Of a DNA stretch of 61,401 bases, positions 1 through 9,513 are shown piece by piece (within the stretch, counting starts at the first letter, position 1; each line of letters starts with the position of its first letter). The DNA is from a virus (Duplodnaviria; Caudoviricetes), in the IMG/VR virus record IMGVR_UViG_3300047463_000183, positions 1 through 61,401 of that record. One strand, written 5' to 3'. The notes beneath the pieces were generated by a model. It worked only from the letters and a program-made list of their open reading frames with translations. It ran no database searches and was not told the DNA's origin. The translations under genes and the position numbers were made by a program.

Positions 1-35
1 TTCCTACCCCCCTTTATATATACCCCCCTCACCAG

Positions 36-126
36 TTCACCGGATTTCAAAACATCGAGTATATTACTGCAACTTTCCCAAAAAAATCCGTTTCACCGGA
101 TTCGAATCCGGTGACACACCGGATTT
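36..126. repeat. Putative replication origin: CACCGGATT iterons and a perfect 22-bp palindrome
   Basis: CACCGGATT at 38-46, 94-102 and 117-125; palindrome TCACCGGATTCGAATCCGGTGA at 93-114; directly downstream of the primase-helicase gene. Confidence 0.5.
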
Positions 127-2740
127 ACCCTTCCTCAGCCGTCTCGACCCCGTGCGCGGCCAGGAAGTCGCGATGGACCCATGCGTCGCGTGGCTTGGTC
201 CTGGTCTTGATGCCTTTGACGAAGAAGATTTCACCGGCTTCTGTCAGTGCCAAAAGTAAATCATCCAGTGTCTTTTTTGGTTGTCTACCAACTGACATCT
301 GTTTAATCTCTCTGTTCGTTTTACCGTTTTCTCTACCAGCATAAATCAATTTACTCAGACTCTTCATATTCTTCTCAAACACTGAATCCGTAATTTCTCT
401 ACTCGCTTTTGTCATCTGACTAATCGTCGCACGCGACAATTCAGTCGCCCATTTCATTGTCGTCGCATCGACAACGAGATTGCTTTCGTCGATCTCTCCA
501 TTGACTGGCCAGTCAGCGCAAGCACGTATGAGCGCGAACTTCATCGCGTTTTCAAACGCTCTCACATATAAGCTATCGGTCTGGTTCTTTCTGGCCTTGA
601 TTTTCTCATCATGCATTTCCCCCTCAAACGCTTCAGCGAGGTGGATTGCTTCCTGTGTCAGGTGGACGATCCTTGGCTGGATGACTGGTTCGCCGCCCTG
701 GCGTGCCAGAGGGTTTGGTATGGGTGAGACCTTACTCCATGCCCTGACCCACTCTGTCACCTTATCAGGGGTCTCCAGGCTTTCTGTTGGCCTGATACGT
801 GGGTCTCTGTCTCCCGCGTCAAACAAGACGATGCGTGACAGAAGTCCATTTTTAATATCCTTCGACGTCAACGCTTCTGTCAGAGAATCGGGTGTGGTTG
901 CCCCTAACAAACTAACACAAGGTTGATCTATCGTCTTCGTCTTTTCGTCATCCGCGTATGACTTACTTTGGAATATACTCGACGAAGACGAATACAATTT
1001 CAGCAAAGTCTCAATCACATTAGCAATATGAGACGCTGCATTTTTAGCATTGGCGGAACTCAGTAAGTATGAAATCTCATTCAACACCATCACTTGCCGG
1101 GGGCTTTTTATGACTCTGTTTATAATACCAGCGTCTGAAGCGACATTCTCAACACCAACGATCTCAGAATACAGACCAGAATCCTTTGCTATCTTTTTGA
1201 TAGCATTCATCGGATGCTCTTTTCCTGAGCCTGAATATGCAATCATGACGACGTAAATATTTGGTCTTGTGTGCCACCTTTGTAACTGCACTCTTTGACC
1301 AACAGCCGATGCCATCAATGATAGCACTGCGGCGAGGGTAAGTGTTGGTTGCGGCTTATGAGCTGTTTCCATGATCCAGCGGTGTATTTCACCCATTACG
1401 CCAGGAAGATTGGAATACAGATTCTCAGGAATGTTGCCGAAGTTCTCCTTTACAATATTATTTACTTTGGTCTCTTTTGATTTAATAATTGATGACGCAT
1501 CAATTCGTAAAATGTCTGGAGTCAAAAACTCAGGGTTGGTAAGATCTGGAATATTTAATTTTCCATCGCATAGCAACTTATGCAAATGAGACAAGCGATC
1601 ACGCCCGCTGCATCCATTATGAACACAGTGGATAACGAAGCCTGACGTTATCTGAGGCAAGTTGGCCTGAGATATTTGGGACGCATTGACGACATATGTC
1701 CCTGTTGTATCCAGTTGTCCTGTGACGTGATCATCAGCGTGCGGGCACACGATGTGCTGTTTGACGCCTGAGATCCGTTTACCCAGCGTTTGGGGTGCCT
1801 GGGTTTGCAGGGCCTTCAGAATCTCGAACCGTGGGCCGTATTCGGCTGCCCAGGACGTCAGGTCGATCCACTGGCCATTGGGTGCCTGATAGGTCAGGTG
1901 GTTGTTCTGGACCGGCACCAGCTTCGCGGGTTGCTGGGGTAGCTGCGGAAGGGGTGGCGGCACGTCTGGCAGGTCCCAGATCGGGCATGGGTCGCCGTCG
2001 ACGACGGCGTGCAGGAACTCAGCCCCTTGCTTGTGCCGTGGCAGGTAGAACAGCCGAGACGTATCAGAACAGGACTGGTCCATCGACAGGCCCAGGGCGT
2101 GCGTCAGGGCGCCAACGCGCTCCCGCCATAACGTATTGGCCAACCGCTGCGACTCATGCTCCTCCGCGATCCACGGACTGCTGAGCAGCAGGATGACGCG
2201 GAACTTGGGGCACGGCGCATGCTGGACGAGGTAGGAGCGGGTATTGTTGTCCCTGGTCTCGTCAGCAATGGTGGCGTCAGCAACGATGCGTGGCAGGTAG
2301 CCCTTCTTCGCCAGCAGATAGCCCGCGATGGTCCCGTTGTTCTCCGCCATCCACTTGTCAGCCGGATCAGCCGCGATCACCGTCTGGCTGGTCAGGTGAC
2401 TGTAGGTCGAGTGGATGATCGCCTTCCACCCTTTGGCCTCGACGGCGTTCTTGATCTCGTCGAACGAATGACCGCAGTCAGCGTCCAACACGGCGATGTC
2501 GATCCGCGCCGCTTGCTCCATGCGCCTGACGGTGCCGGTGAACGTCGCTGGCGTGAAGCATGTCCCGTCCTTGTTCCCCACCATGTGCTGCCTGAGCAGC
2601 CTTGCCAGCTCGTCGAACGTCAGAGTGCGGCGGTCTGTCCACCTGATCTCCGACTTCGAACGACCGAATGTGAGTGTGATTGTGTTGTCTGACGGAGGCT
2701 GCGCCTCAAAGATGAGTTTGACCATTGCCTTCTCCCTCAA
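125..2740 (-). CDS. Primase-helicase (N-terminal AEP/prim-pol-like domain, C-terminal DUF3987-like P-loop domain)
   Basis: 871 aa; VLDAD and HSTYSH primase-like motifs, SRLFYLP, CPH..H / C.HNGC Zn module, Walker A-like AYSGSGKE, GLLSR; start may be 2725. Confidence 0.8.
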   Translation of the reverse strand: MREKAMVKLIFEAQPPSDNTITLTFGRSKSEIRWTDRRTLTFDELARLLRQHMVGNKDGTCFTPATFTGTVRRMEQAARIDIAVLDADCGHSFDEIKNAVEAKGWKAIIHSTYSHLTSQTVIAADPADKWMAENNGTIAGYLLAKKGYLPRIVADATIADETRDNNTRSYLVQHAPCPKFRVILLLSSPWIAEEHESQRLANTLWRERVGALTHALGLSMDQSCSDTSRLFYLPRHKQGAEFLHAVVDGDPCPIWDLPDVPPPLPQLPQQPAKLVPVQNNHLTYQAPNGQWIDLTSWAAEYGPRFEILKALQTQAPQTLGKRISGVKQHIVCPHADDHVTGQLDTTGTYVVNASQISQANLPQITSGFVIHCVHNGCSGRDRLSHLHKLLCDGKLNIPDLTNPEFLTPDILRIDASSIIKSKETKVNNIVKENFGNIPENLYSNLPGVMGEIHRWIMETAHKPQPTLTLAAVLSLMASAVGQRVQLQRWHTRPNIYVVMIAYSGSGKEHPMNAIKKIAKDSGLYSEIVGVENVASDAGIINRVIKSPRQVMVLNEISYLLSSANAKNAASHIANVIETLLKLYSSSSSIFQSKSYADDEKTKTIDQPCVSLLGATTPDSLTEALTSKDIKNGLLSRIVLFDAGDRDPRIRPTESLETPDKVTEWVRAWSKVSPIPNPLARQGGEPVIQPRIVHLTQEAIHLAEAFEGEMHDEKIKARKNQTDSLYVRAFENAMKFALIRACADWPVNGEIDESNLVVDATTMKWATELSRATISQMTKASREITDSVFEKNMKSLSKLIYAGRENGKTNREIKQMSVGRQPKKTLDDLLLALTEAGEIFFVKGIKTRTKPRDAWVHRDFLAAHGVETAEEG

Positions 2741-2997
2741 AACGGCGGTTGATTACCCCAAAGTGCGCTTCTCTTTTCCTCAAACGCCCTGACAACGGTC
2801 TCGATGAACGTCATCCACTGGTCTTCACTCATTTTAGCGAGATCAGTTATTCCAATGCTTTCAAGATACTTTCCCCCTTCGTCTGAAGCCGCATACATGG
2901 CTTCGACATCGTGCTCTTTTGGCGGTATCATTCTCGCTCCTGGCCATGTTTCAAAGATGAGTTTGACCAGTGGATGGTCAAAAACGGTAGTTGACAA
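2737..2997 (-). CDS. Small phage protein (DUF6511-like)
   Basis: 86 aa; GGKYLESIGITDLAKMSEDQW..FIE motif typical of the gene lying between helicase and primase. Confidence 0.6.
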   Translation of the reverse strand: MSTTVFDHPLVKLIFETWPGARMIPPKEHDVEAMYAASDEGGKYLESIGITDLAKMSEDQWMTFIETVVRAFEEKRSALWGNQPPF

Positions 2998-4573
2998 CTT
3001 CGAAGAACTTTCCCGATTTCCGGACCAGAATTTCCCTCGGTTTATCGAGTATGTATGCCCGGCCCAAAGCCTCAGTAATCATTGTTGGTGCCGGTGCTTT
3101 CGTTCTCCGCATCCACCACTTCACAGCCTTCTCCCGAGGGTAGCCTGGATGCTGGAAGCAGATCCATTCATTATGTCGAAGGAGACCGCATTGATAGTTG
3201 ACCCGAAGGCTTGGTGGCTTGCCGTTCTTCCCGGCGTGATAGGCATACGATACATTTGTCACCTTCACCCACTCAGGTTGTATCTGCGTCGACAGGATCG
3301 CGTCAGTAGCCGCTTTCTCTTCGATCTTCACCGCGCGAGGGAACTCATATCCGCAGTCAGGGCATTCACGCACCGACGCCGGGACGATGCTGTCGCATTC
3401 CGGGCATTCCTTCGTCGGCGCGACACCACCTTCCGTCTTGTGCTTCCTGCTGCCCTTGATCAGATCAAGCGGGCCATGCAGTTTTACGTTGTTGGCGAAG
3501 TCAAGCACGAGGCAATCGGTTTTGTTGGGTGCTTTTCTTGTGCCGCGCCCGAGCATCTGAACATACAGGCCGGTGCTTTTGGTTGGCCGCAGCAGCGCGA
3601 TCAGATCGGTGCCAGGGGCATCGAAGCCCGTCGTCAGGACGTTGGCGTTGGTCAGCGCCCGCAGCTTACCAGACTTGAAGTCTTCGAGAATCCGCGCCCG
3701 CTCAGCCGATGGCGTTGAGCCGACAACGGTCTCAGCCGTCGCGCCGTGGGCACGCAAGGCGTCACGGATGTGATGAGCATGATCGACCCCTGAACAGAAG
3801 ACCAGCCATGACCGCCTGTCCTTGCCCCATTCGATGATTTCTTCGACCGCAGCCTGATTGATCGGGTCCAGGTCGACTGCCTTCTCCAACTGGCCAGGAA
3901 TGAACTCACCGCCCCGCGTGCCGACGTTCGACACGTCCAGTTGCGTCTTCGTGCGCTTGGGAACGACAGGCGCGAGATACCCCTGATTGATCATGTCCAA
4001 AATCGACGCTTCATATGAAATGTCGTTGAACAAGGAGTTTTCGCTGTCGTAAAGCAACCCGCTATCAAGCCGGAATGGCGTGGCGGTGAAGCCGATCACC
4101 TTGAGACGCGGATTGATTTCACGCAACTCGTTGAGGAAGTTGCGATACATGCTGTTGTTGTTGTCAGAAAGAAGATGCGCTTCGTCGATGATCACGAAGT
4201 CGCACCGCTGAACTTTGTAGGCATGCTTATGAATGGACTGAATGCCAGCGAACAGAATCTTGGCATCAATGTCACGCTGGTTCAGGCCCGCGCTGTAGAT
4301 GCCAGCGGGCGCTTCTGGCCAGATGTTCATCAGCGCCGCGTAATCCTGCTGGATCAACTCTTTGACATGCGTCAGAACGAGAACGCGGGTCTCGGGCCAT
4401 TCTTCGATGGCACGTTTCAGAAACGCCGATAGCGTCAGGCTTTTGCCAGTGCCCGTCGGCAGAACGATGAGCGGATTGCCATCGTTCCGACTAAAATAAT
4501 CATACAGAGATTGCACTGCTTCCTCTTGATAAGGACGCAGTTGCATGGTTATAGTGGTCGCGGTCACTTTCAT
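2978..4573 (-). CDS. SF2 DEAD/DEAH-box helicase with C-terminal Zn ribbon (RadD/YejH-like)
   Basis: LRPYQ, PTGTGKS, DEAH, TATP, LTTGFDAP, QMLGRGTR, CPEC...CPDC. Confidence 0.92.
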   Translation of the reverse strand: MKVTATTITMQLRPYQEEAVQSLYDYFSRNDGNPLIVLPTGTGKSLTLSAFLKRAIEEWPETRVLVLTHVKELIQQDYAALMNIWPEAPAGIYSAGLNQRDIDAKILFAGIQSIHKHAYKVQRCDFVIIDEAHLLSDNNNSMYRNFLNELREINPRLKVIGFTATPFRLDSGLLYDSENSLFNDISYEASILDMINQGYLAPVVPKRTKTQLDVSNVGTRGGEFIPGQLEKAVDLDPINQAAVEEIIEWGKDRRSWLVFCSGVDHAHHIRDALRAHGATAETVVGSTPSAERARILEDFKSGKLRALTNANVLTTGFDAPGTDLIALLRPTKSTGLYVQMLGRGTRKAPNKTDCLVLDFANNVKLHGPLDLIKGSRKHKTEGGVAPTKECPECDSIVPASVRECPDCGYEFPRAVKIEEKAATDAILSTQIQPEWVKVTNVSYAYHAGKNGKPPSLRVNYQCGLLRHNEWICFQHPGYPREKAVKWWMRRTKAPAPTMITEALGRAYILDKPREILVRKSGKFFEVVNYRF

Positions 4574-4592
4574 CTCCAGTGGTGCCAGCCAG

Positions 4593-4640
4593 ATGTGAAC
4601 CGGCGGTGTATCTTCCTGCCAGAAGGCCGCCGGTTCACAT
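4593..4640. promoter_or_regulatory. Intergenic hairpin with perfect 14-bp stem
   Basis: ATGTGAACCGGCGG (4593-4606) pairs with CCGCCGGTTCACAT (4627-4640). Confidence 0.55.
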
Positions 4641-4646
4641 TACTTA

Positions 4647-5399
4647 TCACCCATCTTTTTCGCTGTCAATCCCGTGGCATACTTTTTGGTATGAGCACCA
4701 TTTGCATTCGAAAAAGTTCGGATCATTCCGCAATTTTGCGAGTGGTGCCTTGGCGTTCAGGATACGACGAGCTTTATCTTTTATTTTTTCGAAAGCCTCT
4801 TTATTAAACTCAGTTCTAACTGAATCCCAATCTCGTCCACCGGGCGTGCATACGGTCAGATAATGCCGGTGCAGATCGTAATATCCCATGTAGCATTGCG
4901 CCTGGGCGTAATACACCGGGTCCCACTCGATCAGCGTGTTTTTTTCGCCCCGCATCGTCTTGAGGGTCTGGAGGGACTTGAATTTCTTCTCGTTGACGCA
5001 CTTGCCTTCCCAGACGTGCGGCGTCTGGGGGGCCTGATGCAGTCCAAGGATCACACCGTCCAGGTGCCCCTTGAACTTATCATCGAAGTCGGTGCATGCG
5101 AATTGCTGGCCGGTATCGGGATCGACGGTCCAGAGCTGGACGTCAGGAGCCATGCGTAATCGCATGGCCATCAGATCTTCTGACCGGTGCCCGTCTTCGA
5201 ACCGCTTGAGCGTCAGCGCATCGAAGTCAGGCGGTAAGGGTTGATGATAGTCATACCAGAGCTGGCGCTCACATGATCTGCCGATGGCTGACATGCCAAG
5301 GTATGTGCGGCGAGGCTGGAGACGCGCACGCGCCTCCAGTTCTCTGTCCGCCGCCGCGAGTGTTGGGTCCGTGAAGAACTCTTCAGGTAGATTGACCAT
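4647..5399 (-). CDS. Cas4-like PD-(D/E)XK exonuclease
   Basis: YLGMSAIG..C.RQLWY, GHLDG, WEGK, QAQCYM, C-terminal CKWC...C; start moved to MVNLP. Confidence 0.85.
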   Translation of the reverse strand: MVNLPEEFFTDPTLAAADRELEARARLQPRRTYLGMSAIGRSCERQLWYDYHQPLPPDFDALTLKRFEDGHRSEDLMAMRLRMAPDVQLWTVDPDTGQQFACTDFDDKFKGHLDGVILGLHQAPQTPHVWEGKCVNEKKFKSLQTLKTMRGEKNTLIEWDPVYYAQAQCYMGYYDLHRHYLTVCTPGGRDWDSVRTEFNKEAFEKIKDKARRILNAKAPLAKLRNDPNFFECKWCSYQKVCHGIDSEKDG

Positions 5400-5931
5400 C
5401 AATATCCTGTATTCTTGCGATGAGGTCCGGGAAGGCATTCACCTTTGATTGTTCTTCTGCCTCTTTCTTCAACATGAAGATTTTTCTATCTTCTTCTTTT
5501 GTTAAATTGTATTTGGAAAAGTCCGCAAATACATTTAATTTGTATATTTTTCTGCTATTGGTAGAAGCTGTAATCAAAGCTCCATTAACTTTTTCGCTTT
5601 CGGTTATCATGATGCGAGATATTCTGTTTCTAAAATAGTGAATGTTTTCTATTGTTCCATTAGAAACAAGAATATCCGCAACAGAACCTACATTCATCGC
5701 TACATCAGGAGATGCTAAAAAAAGACGAATTATTTCCGTGGGATCGAAAAACATTTTAGTTTTATTATTGTTTTTATTCTCTTCTTTTTTTGAGCTGTAT
5801 TGTGTTTCAGCATCTTTGAAGTCTTCAAAGATGTGAATGACGATACCTTTGCTGATAACTACCGCGCTGCCAGCTCGAAGGTAATGATCGGACTCCACTT
5901 TCCAGATTCCGACTTCAGTATTTTTGGCCAT
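5383..5931 (-). CDS. Hypothetical protein (AT-rich)
   Basis: 182 aa ORF with GAGAGG RBS, in operon orientation. Confidence 0.6.
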   Translation of the reverse strand: MAKNTEVGIWKVESDHYLRAGSAVVISKGIVIHIFEDFKDAETQYSSKKEENKNNNKTKMFFDPTEIIRLFLASPDVAMNVGSVADILVSNGTIENIHYFRNRISRIMITESEKVNGALITASTNSRKIYKLNVFADFSKYNLTKEEDRKIFMLKKEAEEQSKVNAFPDLIARIQDIDGQST

Positions 5932-5951
5932 TTGTTTTTCCTCTCAATAAG

Positions 5952-5977
5952 TTAAAAGGGGCTTTCGCCCCTTTTAA
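5952..5977. terminator. Bidirectional rho-independent terminator
   Basis: TTAAAAGGGGC-TTTC-GCCCCTTTTAA just after the SSB gene. Confidence 0.75.
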
Positions 5978-5983
5978 TATTTC

Positions 5984-6475
5984 TCAACGCCGCCACGGCG
6001 GGGACTTCGCCCCGCCGACGCCAGCAGCGGCAGCCGCCGCCGGACGCTGCCCGCCCGCCCCGTTGGCCTTGCTGTAGCCACGAATCTCGTTCTGGGCATC
6101 GCGCATCGTGCCTGTCTTATCAGGGCCAGCCGGACGGACGCGCACGTTGACCGTGAACGGCTTGTAGTGAAGCTGCTCGCTGTCATGGACCGACATGACT
6201 TCGACGGCATGACAGATCGCCGAAAGCGTCTGATTGGCAATACGGACAGCTTCGCTATTACCATTCACCAGATTGAGGCGATCCCAGAGCTTACGCCCTT
6301 TGTATTCACCTTCCAGGATGTCGATTTCCAGCCATAGATACTGGCCATTACCGTCTTTCGTGCCGCGCATTTCGCTGTTGACGATCTGAGCGGTGTATTT
6401 ACCTGCCGCGATGACTTCCATCGAGGAAGCTGGTTCAACATCGTTTGCATTGAAGGTTTGACCAAGGTTAGCCAT
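5984..6475 (-). CDS. Single-stranded DNA-binding protein (DUF669-like)
   Basis: MANLGQTFNANDVEP...GKY.AQI..SE...YL.LEIDILEGEYKGRKLWDRLNL; PPWRR tail; follows the AAA ATPase. Confidence 0.8.
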   Translation of the reverse strand: MANLGQTFNANDVEPASSMEVIAAGKYTAQIVNSEMRGTKDGNGQYLWLEIDILEGEYKGRKLWDRLNLVNGNSEAVRIANQTLSAICHAVEVMSVHDSEQLHYKPFTVNVRVRPAGPDKTGTMRDAQNEIRGYSKANGAGGQRPAAAAAAGVGGAKSPPWRR

Positions 6476-7232
6476 TTGTGTTTGCCTCTGGGTTATAGAA
6501 CGGAACGAGTTCAGCGAAGGATTGCCAGTCGAGCGGAATGCTGTCTGGTAGGTTGTAACGGTTCTTGGCGAGAAATGCCGGTCTCTCCTGTGTATAAAGA
6601 ATGCGGTCACCACCGCCGACGGCGCGGGTGACTTTCTTGTTGAACCCAACGTCACTCTTCACCGTGCTGATGCGATAGTTCGCGAACAGAACGGCGTCGA
6701 CATGCTCCTGGATCAACGATGACGTCTTGGCGTGCAGCTTTGGCTGGTAGCGGTCGTAGGGTTCGTTTTCGGGGCTGTCGAAACGCCGGATCTCGGAATG
6801 AGCGAGCATGATGATGGTCATGTTCTTCTCGTCCCGCAGGGCGTTCAGACCCTCCAGGAACATGCGCCACGTGTCGAGTGCGGCGTTGTATCCCTTACCG
6901 TAGCCGGGCGCTTCAATGTCCTTCCAGCCATTCTCGTCGGCCACGTGCGCCCATAGCATAGGTTCCAGCCAGTCCAGGCTGTCGATGACCAGCGTCTGGA
7001 AATCATGGTCATCGGCGACCAATGAGCTGATACCTTCCAGGAAGGAACTGAAGTTGTTCAGAACGCCGAATGTGGAAGCGTCCATTGTTCCCAGACCATC
7101 TTCAGACTGCATGAAGACCGGATTAGGGGCCATGGCGGCGAACGTGGTCTTACCAATGCCATGCACGCCATAGATGAGCAGACGCGACGGCTTGGGCTGC
7201 GATCCCCGCCTTACATTATTGACAGAGATCAT
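6468..7232 (-). CDS. AAA_24 / Sak4-like ATPase (recombinase)
   Basis: YGVHGIGKTT Walker A, LVIDSLDWLE Walker B, GYGKGY, AKNRY. Confidence 0.88.
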   Translation of the reverse strand: MISVNNVRRGSQPKPSRLLIYGVHGIGKTTFAAMAPNPVFMQSEDGLGTMDASTFGVLNNFSSFLEGISSLVADDHDFQTLVIDSLDWLEPMLWAHVADENGWKDIEAPGYGKGYNAALDTWRMFLEGLNALRDEKNMTIIMLAHSEIRRFDSPENEPYDRYQPKLHAKTSSLIQEHVDAVLFANYRISTVKSDVGFNKKVTRAVGGGDRILYTQERPAFLAKNRYNLPDSIPLDWQSFAELVPFYNPEANTNG

Positions 7233-7233
7233 A

Positions 7234-7707
7234 TCAGCCTTCCTTCAGGATGATTTTGTAGGTCGGCTTCCCGGCACCCACCGTTCGATAGGCATCAAAC
7301 ATCTTTTTCAAAGATGACGGCCAACCTTTGTAGGCGTTCTCTGATACATCGCGTTTCAGCTTGATGTATTCAGCGACAGGCTCTCCCATATCAGCGAGGG
7401 TCTTTTCGACCTGCGCCAGACCAGATTGATCCCAATCAATCTTTTTAGGAAGATCCGCGACGATGGTGCATTCACCATCCTGGAAACGAACGGTTCCAGT
7501 GTCGGTGTTTTTGGCTTTGCGAGTTTCCGCTGCCTTTTCAGCGTATCTCAGATTGAGTGCGGAATGGATGAGATCGTCTGCGCTCTTGGCTTGAGCCTTG
7601 AGTGCGGCGACCTCTTCAAGCAGAAAAGCAATCAGTTCGGGGTCGAGCTTGGAAAGCTCTTCAACGGACATCTCGCTGATCTGCGCCAGAGTGACGCGGT
7701 TCGACAT
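7234..7707 (-). CDS. Conserved phage recombination-module protein
   Basis: 157 aa; DTGTVRF...ADLPKKIDWDQ..VSE.AY..WP pattern of the gene usually preceding Sak4-like ATPases. Confidence 0.65.
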   Translation of the reverse strand: MSNRVTLAQISEMSVEELSKLDPELIAFLLEEVAALKAQAKSADDLIHSALNLRYAEKAAETRKAKNTDTGTVRFQDGECTIVADLPKKIDWDQSGLAQVEKTLADMGEPVAEYIKLKRDVSENAYKGWPSSLKKMFDAYRTVGAGKPTYKIILKEG

Positions 7708-7837
7708 TTTTTTCCTCTCTGTGGTGATCTATGACCCGACGCACGGCATCAGCGAAACTGATCCCAAGACGACTGGCTTCTTGACGTAGCCAATCTGCCT
7801 GGGGATCGGTGAACACGATGCTGCGCTTCAAGGTCAT
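7661..7837 (-). CDS. Ribbon-helix-helix (CopG-like) DNA-binding protein
   Basis: KRSIVFTDPQADWLRQEASRLGISFADAVRRVID. Confidence 0.65.
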   Translation of the reverse strand: MTLKRSIVFTDPQADWLRQEASRLGISFADAVRRVIDHHREEKNVEPRHSGADQRDVR

Positions 7838-7867
7838 GAACCCACTATGCACTTTTTAAGAACCCCG

Positions 7868-8182
7868 TCAACTGGCTTTCTTAAATCTGACCTCCTGTAA
7901 TCGAAGATTTTTTTCTTTTCCTCTGATAGCGAAACGCAAAGATGCGCGCCTCACCTTTTCATCATGAGATTTTTGGCAGAACTCAATCTCAAGCTGGCGG
8001 GCTTTCCGATTAACTTCCAGGGCGGTTATCCTTGGGTATGATCGAAAAGACTCGTTCAGAATCTTGAAGCAAGCCGATCCTTCGTTCGGAAACAGATCGG
8101 TGAGCATTTCGATCCTTTCCGGAGGCCACTTATGATCGTCACTCACCCATACGCTTTCTTTTTTCGATTTCTCTTTGGACAT
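7868..8182 (-). CDS. Hypothetical protein
   Basis: 104 aa ORF in operon. Confidence 0.5.
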   Translation of the reverse strand: MSKEKSKKESVWVSDDHKWPPERIEMLTDLFPNEGSACFKILNESFRSYPRITALEVNRKARQLEIEFCQKSHDEKVRRASLRFAIRGKEKNLRLQEVRFKKAS

Positions 8183-8357
8183 ACCAGACAGCCTTCTCCA
8201 GATCTTCGATTGCGTTATTTTTGAAGTCTGCTCGCCAAATGTATTTTATGGCGTTGCCAAGCGTGAAGCTCATGTGTTCTGTTATTTCTATGCATTCGAT
8301 CCCACTTGGATGAGAGCGATAATGCATTGGAGCATTAACTGGATCGTGATCGCTCAC
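8139..8357 (-). CDS. DUF3310-like protein
   Basis: DPVNAP.HY..HPSGIECIEI...F.LGNAIKYIWRA..K...EDLEKAVWY. Confidence 0.85.
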   Translation of the reverse strand: MSDHDPVNAPMHYRSHPSGIECIEITEHMSFTLGNAIKYIWRADFKNNAIEDLEKAVWYVQREIEKRKRMGE

Positions 8358-8818
8358 TTCATTCCTCCCAGAACGGCCCACCGGCCCATCAACGCCGCTT
8401 CTGCCCTGCCGTCATGTTTGACCAACTTGAACAGGTCAGCCGCCCCTGGCCAAAGACGCATGGCCATCATCCGGGCACCGCTTTTGTCTGCCGGAACGCC
8501 AGCGCCTTTCTTCCACTTGAGCGGCGTGACGAACTGCAATGGCAGGCCAAGTGCCGTCGCCACACCTTCCAGAACGCCAGCCCCGTAGCCAAATGAGAAT
8601 GCCCCAACCGCACCCTCTCTGGGTCGGGTGGACACCTGCTCAATCAGCACGTAATCAATCGCGCCTCGCCCTTTCATCATGTCTGCGATCTGCGCGGCGA
8701 CAACGCGGTTCTTGTCGCGGATTTTCGCCACCGGCATGTCTTCAACCGCGATCAGATGACCGTCGGACGAAATCCATGCCAGTGCTCCTGATAAGCCTGG
8801 GTCGATTGATAAGATCAT
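8354..8818 (-). CDS. RuvC-like Holliday junction resolvase
   Basis: ILSIDPGLSGALA, LIEQV, AFSFG..G, P..WKK, DGRAEAAL. Confidence 0.85.
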   Translation of the reverse strand: MILSIDPGLSGALAWISSDGHLIAVEDMPVAKIRDKNRVVAAQIADMMKGRGAIDYVLIEQVSTRPREGAVGAFSFGYGAGVLEGVATALGLPLQFVTPLKWKKGAGVPADKSGARMMAMRLWPGAADLFKLVKHDGRAEAALMGRWAVLGGMK

Positions 8819-9513
8819 GCTGCCTCTTTGCTTTTGATTGCTGCGAAATTTAGGTAACAGACTTCCGCGTGTTTTTCACAATACGAAAGGTGACGGAACG
8901 AAGGCTCTTCACAGAACCTGAATCCAGGTTCTCTGACGTCACCCAGAGGGTATTGGCATGTTTTCGCCGCGCCGACCACGAAACGCCGGGGCGGCGGCGC
9001 GACCTTGGGGTGAACCTTGGGCGCGATATAATTGCCAAAGATCACTGTCGGCGGTTTGAACACCTTTATAACGCGACGTTCCTCCACGACTTTCTCCTTT
9101 TTAGCAGACGTTACATCTTTTTGTTTTATGGGTGAACCTCTTGACGGAAGACCAGCTCTCGTCTTGATTCCCATGACAGCATTTTTGGTAATCCCCAGAA
9201 TGTTGGCAATCTTATTTGCTGACAAACCCTCATTCCACAGATTTCTTACTCTTTCATACATTTCCGGGCTTTGTTTCCTTTGTCCAATTTCCGGAGCAAC
9301 GTATGGAGCAATGAGCACATGCGTGCTTGGTAGGTTCGTTCCATTCCTGAGAGACTGGATCGAGCCAACCGTTCGTAATGCCGTAAGCCAATGGTCAATG
9401 GTATCAGGATGAGATTTCATCATCTCAGCCAGTTCGCGCGTTCTTTTTCCTTCAACCTTGCCGTCGACAGCTAAGGAGGCAAGCAGAGCGTATAGTCTTT
9501 CTGGTCCGGTCAT
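8815..9513 (-). CDS. gcrA: GcrA-family cell-cycle regulator with extra N-terminal winged-HTH-like region
   Basis: LWNEGLSANKIANILGITKNAVMG and C-terminal CQYPLGD..EPGFRFC...YCEKH...Y. Confidence 0.82.
   Translation of the reverse strand: MTGPERLYALLASLAVDGKVEGKRTRELAEMMKSHPDTIDHWLTALRTVGSIQSLRNGTNLPSTHVLIAPYVAPEIGQRKQSPEMYERVRNLWNEGLSANKIANILGITKNAVMGIKTRAGLPSRGSPIKQKDVTSAKKEKVVEERRVIKVFKPPTVIFGNYIAPKVHPKVAPPPRRFVVGAAKTCQYPLGDVREPGFRFCEEPSFRHLSYCEKHAEVCYLNFAAIKSKEAA

Noticed and set aside
4647-5399. Cas4 as evidence of CRISPR-Cas
   Set aside because: Solo Cas4-like nuclease in a standard phage recombination module
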